From an uncultured Chloroflexia bacterium (GTDB lineage Bacteria; Chloroflexota; Anaerolineae; CG2-30-64-16): DNA of 64,000 nucleotides. Every line of letters starts with the position of its first letter. Within the stretch, counting starts at the first letter, position 1. Location: the NCBI GenBank assembly GCA_963810095.1, contig CAWEMM010000006.1, positions 32,001 to 96,000 on the forward strand. The letters run 5' to 3'. The notes beneath the pieces were generated by a model. It did not search any database. It was not told where the DNA came from and saw nothing but the letters and a program-made list of their open reading frames with translations. Positions 24,312 through 34,483 of the stretch are shown here, one piece after another. Both the position numbers and the translations under genes were made by a program.

Positions 24312-26583
24312 TCACTTCTTGAACAGCGCCCCGTGCCCACCCAGGGCGGGGTGCGTCATCAGCCACGCCTGACTGTCGACCTCTGACTCACCGGGCTTGA
24401 GTTTGCGGCAGAAGTACTGGCCGTCGGGTTGCAGCACGCGCGCACGGGTGTTGTTAGCCAGTTCCACCGCCAGAATCGCATTCCGCAGGTATAACAGTAA
24501 GCTTCTGGTCCTTCACGGGGAAGACAATCTCCACCCGCCGGTCCAGGTTGCGCGGCATCAGGTCCGCACTTCCCAGGTACACCTCGGGCGCCCCCCCGTT
24601 GCCAAAGTAGTAGATCCGGCTGTGCTCCAGAAAGCGCCCCACGATGCTCGTCACCCGGATATTCTCACTCACGCCGGGCAAGCCCGGCCGCAAGCAGCAG
24701 ATCCCCCGGATAATCATGTCCGTCTGCACGCCTGCCTGCGAGGACTGGTAGAGCTTGCGGATCAGTCGCTCGTCGACCAGCGAATTCATTTTGAAGATCA
24801 ACCGCCCGGGGCGGCCGGCCTTCGCATGTTCGATCTCGCGCTCGATCAACCCTTCGATCCGCTCGCGGATGCTCCCCGGTGCGACCAGCAGGCTGCGATA
24901 CGAGCGCTGGGTCGAGTACCCGGTCAGGGTATTGAAAAGCTCGGTCGCATCGGCGCCCATGTCCGGGTCGCAGGTTAGCAGCCCGCAGTCGGTGTAGATG
25001 CCCGCCGTCACGGCGTTGTAGTTGCCGGTCGCCAGGTGCAGGTAGCGCCGCAACCCGCCGTCCTCCTTGCGGACGACAAGGGTGATCTTGCTGTGCGTCT
25101 TGAGCCCCACGAGGCCGTATACGACGTGCACGCCCGCGGCTTCCAGCGCCTTGGCCCACCCGATGTTGCTCTCTTCGTCAAAGCGCGCCTTGAGCTCGAC
25201 CAGCACCGCCACCTGTTTCCCGTTGCGCTGCGCCTCGAGCAGCGACCGCACGACCGGTGCGTTACGACCGACGCGGTACAGTGTTTGCTTGATCGCCAGC
25301 ACGTGTGGGTCGGCGGCGGCCGCCTGGACGAAATCCAGCACCGGCCTAAACGAGTCGTAAGGGTGGTGGAGCAGGATGTCGCCCTTGCGGATGGCCGCAA
25401 AGATGTCCTCGGTCGACTTCACGTCGCGCAGTTGGGGGGGAACCGAAGGGGCAAACGGGACATCGCGCAGGTCGGGCCGGACCAGCCCCGCAATGGCCCA
25501 CAGGCTGCCCATGGCCAGCGGCGGCTGCAGCGGATACACGTCCTCGGCCTGGACCTCCAGGTTTTCGGATAGCAGGCGCACCATCGACTCGGGCATCTCG
25601 TGGTCGACCGCCAGGCGGACGACGGGACCAAACTGCCGCAGGCGTAGCCCTTCCTCGATCGTTTCGAGCAGGTCAGGCGCCTCGTCCTCCTGGATTTCCA
25701 TGTCCGCGTCCCGGATAACCTGAAAGCTGTAGCTTTCGAGGACCTCGAAGCCTTGGAAAAGGAGGCCCAGGTTGGCGCCGATCACCTCTTCCAGCCAAAC
25801 CCACCGGTGCTCGGGCACGACGGGAACGAGCCGCGGCAGCGACGTAGGCACCTTGATGCGGGCAAAACGTTCTTCCCCACTAGGTCCGCGCACGAGCACG
25901 GCCAGGTTAAGGCTGAGGTTGGAAATATGGGGGAACGGCCGGCCAGGGTCAAACGCAAGGGGCGTGACGACCGGGAGCACTTCGTCGATGAAGTACGCCC
26001 GCAGGCGGTCGCGCTCCTCCTGGGTCAGCTGCCCGTAGTGGCACAGGTCGATGCGTGCGGCAGCTAGCTCAGGCTGGATCTCGTTGTAGAAGTACGCGCG
26101 CTGTTCGCGTAACATGGGCAGGACCCGCTCACGAATGCCCGCCAACGCCTGAGCGGGCGTCAAGCCGTCGGACAGGGGCGTGGTGATGCCCGCAGCCAAC
26201 TGGTCCTTGAGCCCGGAAACGCGAATCATGAAGAACTCGTCGAGGTTCGTGCTAAAGATCGCGAGGAACTTTACCCGCTCGAGTAGCGGATGGCGCGTGT
26301 CGTGCGCTTCGTCCAGCACCCGCCGGTTGAACTCGAGCCAGCTGAGCTCACGATTGAGGTACAGCGACGGATCTCGCAGATCCCGCGCCTGGGACTTGGC
26401 GGGTCCGTCAAGCGGGAGTGCCGGCGCCTTGTTCTCACCCATCGCTAACCTTGCCGCGTCAGCCGGCCAAGCGGCGGCTGCTTCCTTGATAGAATCCACG
26501 CTGGCCGGGGGGGCAAGCAATGCTTCTGCTGCGACACGCGGCTTAGGGGTAGCCCGTTGTCGTCGGGTCCGGGTGACAGCCAT
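24312..26583 (-). CDS. ppk1: Polyphosphate kinase 1 (frameshift near 24490)
   Basis: NRELSWLEFNRRVL, NLDEFFMIRV, LHHPYDSF, ELKARFDEESNI, KTHSK, GRFLEHSR, SADLMPRNLDRRVE; C-terminus ...DSQAWLM.. continues in another frame to TGA at 24312. Confidence 0.95.
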
Positions 26584-26770
26584 TGCCGTTGACCTCCATG
26601 GAGCCGGTCGAACCAATTACGTAACACAGAGGTTATTGTAAGGCAGGGTGGACGGAAGGGCAAGCGCCCTCGCCCCCCAGCCCCGCGCCCCTTTGTCGTA
26701 GCAGAGAGGGTTGGGGCGGAGTGTGAGTTGCCGTATAATGCTGCCTAGGGCAAGGGACAGGAGGGCTTTT

Positions 26771-28502
26771 ATGATTCGGACAGTCCCGGAGACGACGGGC
26801 GAAGGCATCGAGCTGTATATCCGCACTTATTACTCGCTGCTCCGCAGCTCGGGCGACGTGCGCATCCGATCGCTCGAAGAGACCCACGAGGGTATGAGGT
26901 CCAGCCTGCACGTGGGTGCGGAAAAGGAGGGCTTCGACGCAGGCGCGTTCGTCTACGCCGCGCTGCGCCTTCCTGACTGCATTTATGACGCTCGCCGCGT
27001 CGTCATGGGACAATCCGAAGAAGTGTTCACCCGGGGCGGGCTGCGCGAGTATCCGCGAGTGGAAGCGGGTCGATGCGCCGGCGCGGCGGCGCCGCATGCT
27101 GTTCGACGGCACCGACACCATTGCGGCGTTCGTTTCAAGCGTGTCCGATATCGACGACCTGATCCCGTGTCTTACAGCGTACCAGATCGAATGGAACAAG
27201 CTGCACCGCCGGCTGGTTGGCACGCAGGTGGGACACGAGTTGGCCGAGGGCAAAATCAAGGCGTCGGCTGCGGGCGACTCGCTGCGCTCGGCGTTGGGGC
27301 TGCCCGACGAAGACCTGGCACGGCTGCAGGCTGCCTGGGGCGCGAAGTGGGATGCCTGCTGGGCCGCGGTCGGCACCCGGCTGCTCGACCTGCACATCAA
27401 CTCGCTCGCCAGCGGCTTCAACGACTACCGCCGGGCAGTCGATAAGTGGTGGGACGGTCTTCTGGCGAGCACGACCGGCGACGCGCTGCTCAGCCGGCCA
27501 ATTTACTTTGTCTCCTCGAACCCGCACAGTCTGACTAACCCTTTGTCGGGTTACGCGCTGGCTCACCGGGCGGAGTTGATCGACCTCGCGCAAAACGGCC
27601 GCGAAGAAGGGCTCGCCGAGGAATGGGAGCGGCTGCAGGGTGAAGACGCCGGGTCGGCGGATGGCGAAGGGCCCCGGGTGAACTTCCTCTACTACATGCT
27701 GCGCAGCTTTCTGCGGGGCAACCGCGAACGGCAGGTCGCGTGGCACAAGGCCGAGGCAGAGGTGGGCATCACGCGCTTTGACGAACCGGCCACGCTGGAC
27801 ATCAGCGCGCAGGTGATCGAGATGTCCGAGCTCAGGCCAGAGTGCCTGGACCCCCGCCTGCGGATGAAGGGCCTGGATTTGCTCCGGCTGAGCAATGCGG
27901 TGATCGTCAACGTCGACTATCCGCTCGGTTTTGCGGCCTATCACCTCCTGTCGCAGGTCGCCTCCAGCGCGGCCGACCTGCTGGGCATCTACATCATGGG
28001 CAAGGCCGCGACACTCAACGGCCGCGTCGGCGATGTGATGATTCCGAATGTCGTGTACGACGAGCACTCGCGCAATACCTTCCTCTTCAAGAACTGCTTC
28101 CTGGCCCAGGACCTGGCCCAGACCTTGCGCTACGGGACGGTGTTCGACAACCAGAAGGCCGTTACCGTTCGGGGCACCTTCCTGCAGAATCGCGACTTTA
28201 TGAGCGTGTTCTATAAGGAGGGCTACACCGACCTGGAGATGGAATCCGGGCCGTATCTGAGCGCGGTGTACGAAGACATCTATCCGCAGCGCTACCCCGT
28301 GAACGAGATTGTCAACCTGTTCATCAATGCGCCGTATGATATCGGCCTGCTGCACTACGCGTCAGACACCCCCTACAGCCGCCGGTCTTCCCTGCTGAGC
28401 AAGAGCCTGAGCTACTTCGGCGTGGACGCCACGTACGCCTGCTCCATTGCCATCCTGCGGCGCATCTTGCAGGTGGAAGTCATGCGGGTGATGAAGGGGT
28501 GA
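26771..28502 (+). CDS. Conserved protein, DUF6909-like, with nucleoside-phosphorylase-like C-terminal motifs (frameshift near 27050)
   Basis: IELYIRTYYSLLRS N-terminus, SSNPHS, NVDYPLG, MGKAATLNGRVGDVMIP, LEMESGPY, HYASDTP; family name recalled from memory, not searched. Confidence 0.6.
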
Positions 28503-28533
28503 ACCGACCACAGGTGCACCAGGAGCACCAAGC

Positions 28534-28737
28534 GTGACCGGCAAGGCCTGCCCGCGCTGCGGCGCGTGGCTGACCTACGAAGAGATCGGCGGGATGGGGG
28601 AGGCAGGCACCCGCGGGTGGTTCCTGCTCGGCCTGTTCAACCTGCTCTTCGCATGGGTCGTCGCCGCCGTCGCCTCACAGAGCGGGACGGGCTACTGCCG
28701 GTGCTTCCGGTGTGGCTATCGCTGGCGGTGCAGGTAA
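28534..28737 (+). CDS. Small Zn-ribbon membrane protein
   Basis: AGGAG RBS, CPRCG - hydrophobic helix - CRCFRCGYRW. Confidence 0.6.
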   Translation: MTGKACPRCGAWLTYEEIGGMGEAGTRGWFLLGLFNLLFAWVVAAVASQSGTGYCRCFRCGYRWRCR

Positions 28738-28797
28738 GCCGGTTCGGTGGCCACGCGAGACGACACCCTGAAGAGGCTCGGCTCGCGGTGAGGATAG

Positions 28798-29172
28798 ATG
28801 AGCGCGCCGGCAGCCCCGCCTGATGCCGCTGCTTTTCACGAACGCGTCTGGGACATCGTACGCCGCATCCCACACGGCAGAGTGGCTACTGACGGTCAGG
28901 TTGCGAAACTCGTGGGGCTGCCCCAGGGGGTAGAACCGGATACTTATCGTGCTTTCGGGCCCCGGTGGGTCGGCTCAGCGATGGCTGCCTGCCCCGCAGA
29001 CGTGCCCTGGCAGCGAGTGCTGAACGCCAAGGGCGAGATCAGCCTGAAAGGCGACGCGCAGCGCCGCCTGATCGCGGCGGAGGGCGTGACCTTCGACGTG
29101 CAAGGACGCGTCGATTTCAAATACCACGGGCGGTCCGAAGTGGGCGCGACGCGGCAGGCGCTGCTGTTTTAA
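28798..29172 (+). CDS. Alkyltransferase-like (ATL/YbaZ, MGMT DNA-binding family) protein
   Basis: V..IP.GRVAT.GQVA, R.VG.AM, VPWQRVLN (Trp instead of the catalytic Cys), Q..L..EGV. Confidence 0.88.
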   Translation: MSAPAAPPDAAAFHERVWDIVRRIPHGRVATDGQVAKLVGLPQGVEPDTYRAFGPRWVGSAMAACPADVPWQRVLNAKGEISLKGDAQRRLIAAEGVTFDVQGRVDFKYHGRSEVGATRQALLF

Positions 29173-29217
29173 GCTAGATATCCCACCATTCGTTCCACCG
29201 GCAGAGGAGGCAAAGCT

Positions 29218-29772
29218 ATGTTCCCTATCCTGGTCATCGCCATCGGTATTGCGGTCCTTGTCCTTGGGAAGCGTCTCGCCGTGCTGGGTGCGGCCGTCGG
29301 CGCCCTGGTCGGGCTCGGCCTGCTCAAGGTGTTCCCAGGCATCGACAACACCATCGTCCAATGGGTGCTCGTCGGCGGCCTGACCGTGCTCGGCGCCGTT
29401 GGCGGCGGGTTCGCCAGAGGCTTCGTGTCGATCATCATCCTCGTGATCGGGGCGCTGGCCGGCGCAGGTGTCGTGCTCGGCGTGTTCGACCTGCTGAACA
29501 TCGACGCGGGCCTGCTGAAGTGGCTGCTGGCCGTGCTGGGCGGCGTCGCGGGCTTCGTGCTCATCAATCGCGCCCGCCGAGGAAGCCAGGACTGGGGCAT
29601 TATCATCCTGGCGGCCCTGGTCGGCGCACTGCTCGTCGCCCGCGGGCTCGGCCTCTTGCTGCCCAACTTCGACAACCTGCTCCGCTCCCTGGTTGTGCTC
29701 GTGCTCGCCGGGGCAAGCATCGTCTACCAGGGCGGCCTGCTAGGCCGGCCAAAAGCTGCGCCGCAAGCCTAA
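29218..29772 (+). CDS. Multi-pass membrane protein (DUF4203/TM7S3-like)
   Basis: GAGGAGG RBS; about six Gly-rich hydrophobic helices. Confidence 0.65.
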   Translation: MFPILVIAIGIAVLVLGKRLAVLGAAVGALVGLGLLKVFPGIDNTIVQWVLVGGLTVLGAVGGGFARGFVSIIILVIGALAGAGVVLGVFDLLNIDAGLLKWLLAVLGGVAGFVLINRARRGSQDWGIIILAALVGALLVARGLGLLLPNFDNLLRSLVVLVLAGASIVYQGGLLGRPKAAPQA

Positions 29773-29797
29773 CACAACCGGCTCGTACCCTAGAACG

Positions 29798-29841
29798 CAA
29801 GGGGGCTGCCTGGAAAAAACGTCCAGGCAGCCCCCTTTGTT
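29798..29841. terminator. Bidirectional intrinsic terminator
   Basis: aagggggctgcctgga-aaaacg-tccaggcagcccccttt between convergent genes. Confidence 0.8.
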
Positions 29842-29892
29842 GTACCGGGTGGCTCAGTGTCCCATTCTGGGGTTAACGCCGTCAGCGCCCGA

Positions 29893-30792
29893 TTACAGTC
29901 CTAGCGCCTCGCGCATGGCACGAATGTGCTCGGGGGTGCTCCCGCAGCATGCGCCGAGCACGTTTACGCCGAGCGCCCGCATTTTCAGCGCATAGTCGGC
30001 CATCACTTCCGGCGTGCCGTCGTAGTGAACCTGTTTGTTCTCCCACTTCGGCAGCCCCGCGTTCGATTGCGCCATGATGTAGACCCCCTGCGGCTTGACC
30101 GCCGACATCTCGGTCACGATCCGCTCGATTTCGTCCGGGCCGTTCCCGCAGTTCGCGCCGAGAACGACGATGCCAAGGTCGTACAGTGCCTCGACGGCCG
30201 CGGCAGGCTTTACGCCCATCATGGTGCGGAACTTCGTGTCGAACGTCATGGTCGCCGCAATGGGCCGATCCGACGCCGACTTGATGCCCTCGACCGCCGC
30301 AGTCACCTCTTCCAGCGCGCTCATCGTCTCAATCAGGAAGAAGTCGACGCCGCCCTCAGCCAGCGCTTTAGCCTGCTCGGCGAACGCGTCGCGCACCTCT
30401 TCGGCCGTGGTGGTGCCCAGGGGTGCGAGGATTTCGCCGGATGGACCAATGTCGCCGGCAACCAGCACCTCGTGACCGCCGGAGCGGGTTGCCGCGTCCG
30501 CGACCTCCCGCGCAATTCGAGCGGCGGCCAGGTTGAACTCGGCCACCCGATCCTGGTGGTTGTGCAGGGCGAGCCGGTAGCGATTGCCGCCGAAGCTATT
30601 CGTCGTAATGATCTGGCTCCCCGCGTCGACGTAGGCCTGGTGAATGCCCTTGAGGACGTCCGGCCGCTCTACGTTCCACTCCTCGGGCGAGCCGCCGCTC
30701 GTCAGGCCGGCCGAGTGCAGCATCGTGCCCATCGCGCCATCACCGATGACGAAGCTCTGATTGCGGCTCAGAAAGTCCAGCAGCTTGTCCAC
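29893..30792 (-). CDS. Homocysteine S-methyltransferase domain protein (stand-alone MetH Zn/Hcy module)
   Basis: DGAMGT, AGSQIITTNSFG, IETMS, GANCG, NAGLP, GACCGSTPEHI; GTG start next to upstream stop. Confidence 0.9.
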   Translation of the reverse strand: MDKLLDFLSRNQSFVIGDGAMGTMLHSAGLTSGGSPEEWNVERPDVLKGIHQAYVDAGSQIITTNSFGGNRYRLALHNHQDRVAEFNLAAARIAREVADAATRSGGHEVLVAGDIGPSGEILAPLGTTTAEEVRDAFAEQAKALAEGGVDFFLIETMSALEEVTAAVEGIKSASDRPIAATMTFDTKFRTMMGVKPAAAVEALYDLGIVVLGANCGNGPDEIERIVTEMSAVKPQGVYIMAQSNAGLPKWENKQVHYDGTPEVMADYALKMRALGVNVLGACCGSTPEHIRAMREALGL

Positions 30793-30793
30793 A

Positions 30794-31477
30794 TCAAGCC
30801 CCCTTCTTGATCTGCATGGTGGCACGGGCGGCGTCGACCGCCTCGGCGGCATCCTTGCAATAGCGGTCCGCGCCGATGTCCTCGGCAAACGCGCTGTTAA
30901 GCGGCGCACCGCCTACGAGCACCGTGATCTTGTCACGCAGCCCCTCGGCCTGCAGGCGTTCGATGACAGTAGCCATGTAGGGCATCGTAGTCGTCAGGAG
31001 CGCGGACATGCCCAGGATGTCGGCGTTCGTCTCGCGCAGCTTATCGAGGAACTTGTCGGCATCCACGTTCACGCCCAGGTTGTGCACTTCAAACCCCGCG
31101 CCCTCCCACATCATGGCCACGAGGTTCTTGCCGATGTCGTGAATATCGCCTTTGACTGTGCCGATCACCGCGATACCGATTTTGGGCACGCCGGTCTCCG
31201 TCAGGAGCGGACGCAGGATCTCCATCGCGGCCTTCATGGCGTTCGCCGCGCGCAGGACCTCTGGCACAAACAAGATGCCGGCGCCGAAGTCCTTGCCGAC
31301 GATGTCCATGCCGGCCACGAGGCCGTGCGCCAGGACGTCGCCCGGGGTCTGCTCCCACTCGAGCGCCTGCTTTGTGGCAGCCACGACGGCCTCTTTGACG
31401 CCGTCGTAGAGGTCGTCCTGCATGTTCAGGTAGTGCTCCTGCATCTCGGCCGGCAGATTCTCGAACGTACTCACCAT
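30794..31477 (-). CDS. Corrinoid (B12-binding) protein, cap plus Rossmann domain
   Basis: LVAGMDIVG..F....FVPEV, GTVKGDIHDIGKNLV (DxHxxG), SALLTTT, VGGAP. Confidence 0.93.
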   Translation of the reverse strand: MVSTFENLPAEMQEHYLNMQDDLYDGVKEAVVAATKQALEWEQTPGDVLAHGLVAGMDIVGKDFGAGILFVPEVLRAANAMKAAMEILRPLLTETGVPKIGIAVIGTVKGDIHDIGKNLVAMMWEGAGFEVHNLGVNVDADKFLDKLRETNADILGMSALLTTTMPYMATVIERLQAEGLRDKITVLVGGAPLNSAFAEDIGADRYCKDAAEAVDAARATMQIKKGA

Positions 31478-31554
31478 TATCACTCTTTCTTCACTAAACC
31501 CATCAGGAACCAGATTCCTTCCATGAAACCCGGTTGCCTGACTCTCTTATTTCT

Positions 31555-32022
31555 CTACTTCCCCAGCATCGCCGCGATATGTGCCACGTGTTCTTCGTCG
31601 TGTGCGCTGAGGGCTTCGACCTGGTCGCGCAGGGTTACCGCCCCCAGCTCGGCGTGGACGCCCGTACGCGCCCGGGTCATGGCGGGCAAGTTCTCCAGGA
31701 AGGTCACCGTCTCCCGGCGCAGCATGCCCAGGGTCTCGAGCAGGATGCCGACCGGTGTGTCCGGGTCGTAATCACCCGTGATGCACCCGATGGCGGTCAC
31801 ACGTGGGTTTTCCTCAAGCGTCATGCGCGCGAGGCGGGCGCGATAGGGGGACTCGATCGCACACATGTGGCCGATGATCTCGCAGACGGACCACTCGTCG
31901 CGAGCGGGACGCACGCATGCGTCTGGCCCGAGATCGGCAGCCAAAGCCGCCAGGCGATCGGGTACAGAACGCAGTTGGGCCAACAGATCGTTCCAGGTTA
32001 TCGCAGCAGCCGGTGCATTCAT
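31555..32022 (-). CDS. DinB/YfiT-family protein
   Basis: WSV.EIIGH ... AHDEEHVAHI His triad. Confidence 0.8.
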   Translation of the reverse strand: MNAPAAAITWNDLLAQLRSVPDRLAALAADLGPDACVRPARDEWSVCEIIGHMCAIESPYRARLARMTLEENPRVTAIGCITGDYDPDTPVGILLETLGMLRRETVTFLENLPAMTRARTGVHAELGAVTLRDQVEALSAHDEEHVAHIAAMLGK

Positions 32023-32034
32023 CGCAGTCCTTCC

Positions 32035-34205
32035 TCAGATAATCGCTTCAGGCCACCCAAGGCGCGCCTCTATTCCGACTCGCGCACCCTCCGCGCCCTG
32101 CGTGAGACGACATCCGACACCCCGCGCGCGGCGGCGAGCGAAGGCCGTTTCTGTGATCGCGGCAAGGTGCGGAACGCGTCTGACACGTGCGGGATGGGCA
32201 TGGCCTCCACAAATGCTTCCTGGAAGCGCGGCTCCATCGCGATGCCGATGTATTGCGTCCACCGAGCCAGCCGCCGTGCATCCTCCCGCTCGCCCTTGTT
32301 CAGTAGGGCGATCCGCGCGCCGTCGCCTGCCGAGTTCCCCGCCGTCGCCACCCGCTCCAGGTCGCAGTCGGGGATCATACCGAGCACCATCGCGTGCACG
32401 GGGTCAATGTAGCTGCCGAATGCACCGGCAAGCAAGACCCGCGTCACGCGGTCGACTCCCATGCGCTCCATCAACAAACGCGCACCTGAATATAACGCTG
32501 CCTTACCCAGCTGAATGTTCCGCACATCGTCGCTGGTTATGACAATTGGTCGCCCGGTGCTCGCTTCGTGTGGCCAGGCAAGCACGTATTCGGCCTTTGC
32601 GCCCTGCCAACTCAGGCGAGGGTGACTGATCTCGGGCGCAAACCGCCCGTCGGGCGTGAGCATGCCGGCCATGAACAGCTCGGCGACGGCCTCGATGATG
32701 CCCGACCCACAGATACCGGCTGCCAGGATGGGCCCCTGCCCCAGCAGCTGGCGCCGCTTGCGCTCGCGCCGTTGCCGCGCTTGCTCACGCGCCTCTTCCG
32801 GGGTCACCTGTCCGGCGTCATGCGCCTTGTCGTCGTCCCCTTGGGGTTCCTGTTCCCACTCGTCATTCCACCCTTCCCGGCCGATCACTTTGAAGCGGCA
32901 TTCGAGCGTGTCGGGGTCGATGCGCACCCGCTCGATCGCGCCCGCGGCCGCCCGCATGCCGTGCCGGATCTGCGCGCCCTCGAAGGCCGGACCGGTCGGG
33001 CTGGAGGCCGAGTACAGCTCGGTCGAGTTGCCGAGCAGGATTTCGCCGTTGGTGCCCACGTCCACGATCAGCCAGACCTCGTCTGGCGGGGCCTTGTCGG
33101 GTTCTTCGGCCAGGATCACGCCGACGTTGTCCGCGCCCACGTGGCCCGCTTCGAGCGGCAGCACATGGGCCTGCGCACCCGGCGCCAGCTTGAGACCGAG
33201 GTCGCGCGCCTTCACGTCCACTGCGTCGCTGACCGCGGGGCCAAACGGCGACTGCCCCAACTCGCGAGGCGGGATGTTTAGCAAGATGTGGTGCATCACG
33301 CTGTTACCCACCAACACGATATCGGTGATGGCGTCGGGCGTGATACCGGCCTCGCCCGCCGCTTCCTCGGCGAGCTCGTTCAGCGCCCGGATAATCGAAT
33401 CGTGCAACGTGGCCAGGCCAACCGCCCCGTTAAGGTCGCAGTACGACACCCGGCTCATCAGGTCCTCGCCGTAAGCAACCTGCGGGTTCATCTGGCTGGC
33501 GGTCGCCAGCACCTCGCCCGTGCGCAAGTCACACAGGTGCATAGCTACCGTCGTCGTCCCGATATCGACGGCCAAGCCGTACGCCTCTTCACAGTAGCCC
33601 GGCTGCACGCGCACCGCCTCACGATCCTGCCAGACCGTGACCGTGACCTTCCAGTCGCCCTTGCGGACCAGCGGCTGAAGGTCGCCGAACAAGACGGGAT
33701 CGAGGCGGACGTCGTGCAATCCAAACCGGGCGTCCAGTTCTGCGGCAATCCGGTCCCAGTCGCCCAGTTGGTGTTCGAGGGTGGGTGGCTCGATCTCGAC
33801 GTAATACAGGCGGATCGCCGGGTCCACGACGATGGCGCGCTCCGTGGCGGCCTTGCGCACCACCTGTTTCCGCGCCTGGCTCTCCTCGGGCACAAAGACC
33901 ATGAGGTCGCCCTGGATCTCGCAGGCGCAGGCCAGCCGGCGCCCCGGGGGCGGCTGGTGCTTGTCCCAATAATGCGTCTCGCGACCGTCGGGCGCGCTCA
34001 GGTGGTCTGCAGCCGACGTGATGCCGTGCTTCGGGAAAGAGCCTTCCTCGACGGTGATCTGGCACTTGCCGCATGTCTGGCGGCCGCTGCAGATGGCTTC
34101 GATTTCGACGCCCAACAACCGGGCGGCATCCAATAAGTTCGTGCCTGCGGGCACCTGGCCCTGGCGTCCCGAAGGCTGAAAAACAACGCGGTACGATTCT
34201 GGCAT
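32035..34205 (-). CDS. ATP-dependent reductive activator of corrinoid proteins (RACo/RamA/AcsV, DUF4445, 2Fe-2S plus ASKHA); frameshift near 32170
   Basis: CSGRQTCGKC...RLAC, AVDIGTTT, NPQ..YGEDLMSR, VGAD, DVGTNGE, GPAFEG, GICGSG, LAGAFG, GNSAG. Confidence 0.9.
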
Positions 34206-34403
34206 GCTGACTCGTGAAGGATGTGTGATCTTGTGACGACGCGACAACAGCACGATTCTACCACAGGCATGCCAGACGACGAAGGTGAGCGCTCGCGAGC
34301 ACCCGGTCCGTGGCACCGGACCGGGCGGGAAGCCGCCGCCGGTACCTCGCGCTCGCCTAGACCCCCTGCCTCGTCGATCCCGGCTAGATTGAGAATTCCC
34401 GGC

Positions 34404-34432
34404 TTGCCGCCCCTCTCATCCTGCCCTATAAT
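34404..34432 (+). promoter_or_regulatory. sigma70-type promoter
   Basis: TTGCCG-17 nt-TATAAT. Confidence 0.65.
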
Positions 34433-34483
34433 TCGAACCGTGCGCTGTTCGGTTACGGCGCGACTTAATGCCAGGAGCATCGT

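Noticed and set aside
34206-34483. Cobalamin or SAM riboswitch between the methyltransferase genes
   Set aside because: Only a GC hairpin (cccggtccg...cggaccggg) and promoters; no B12-box or S-box consensus recognised.
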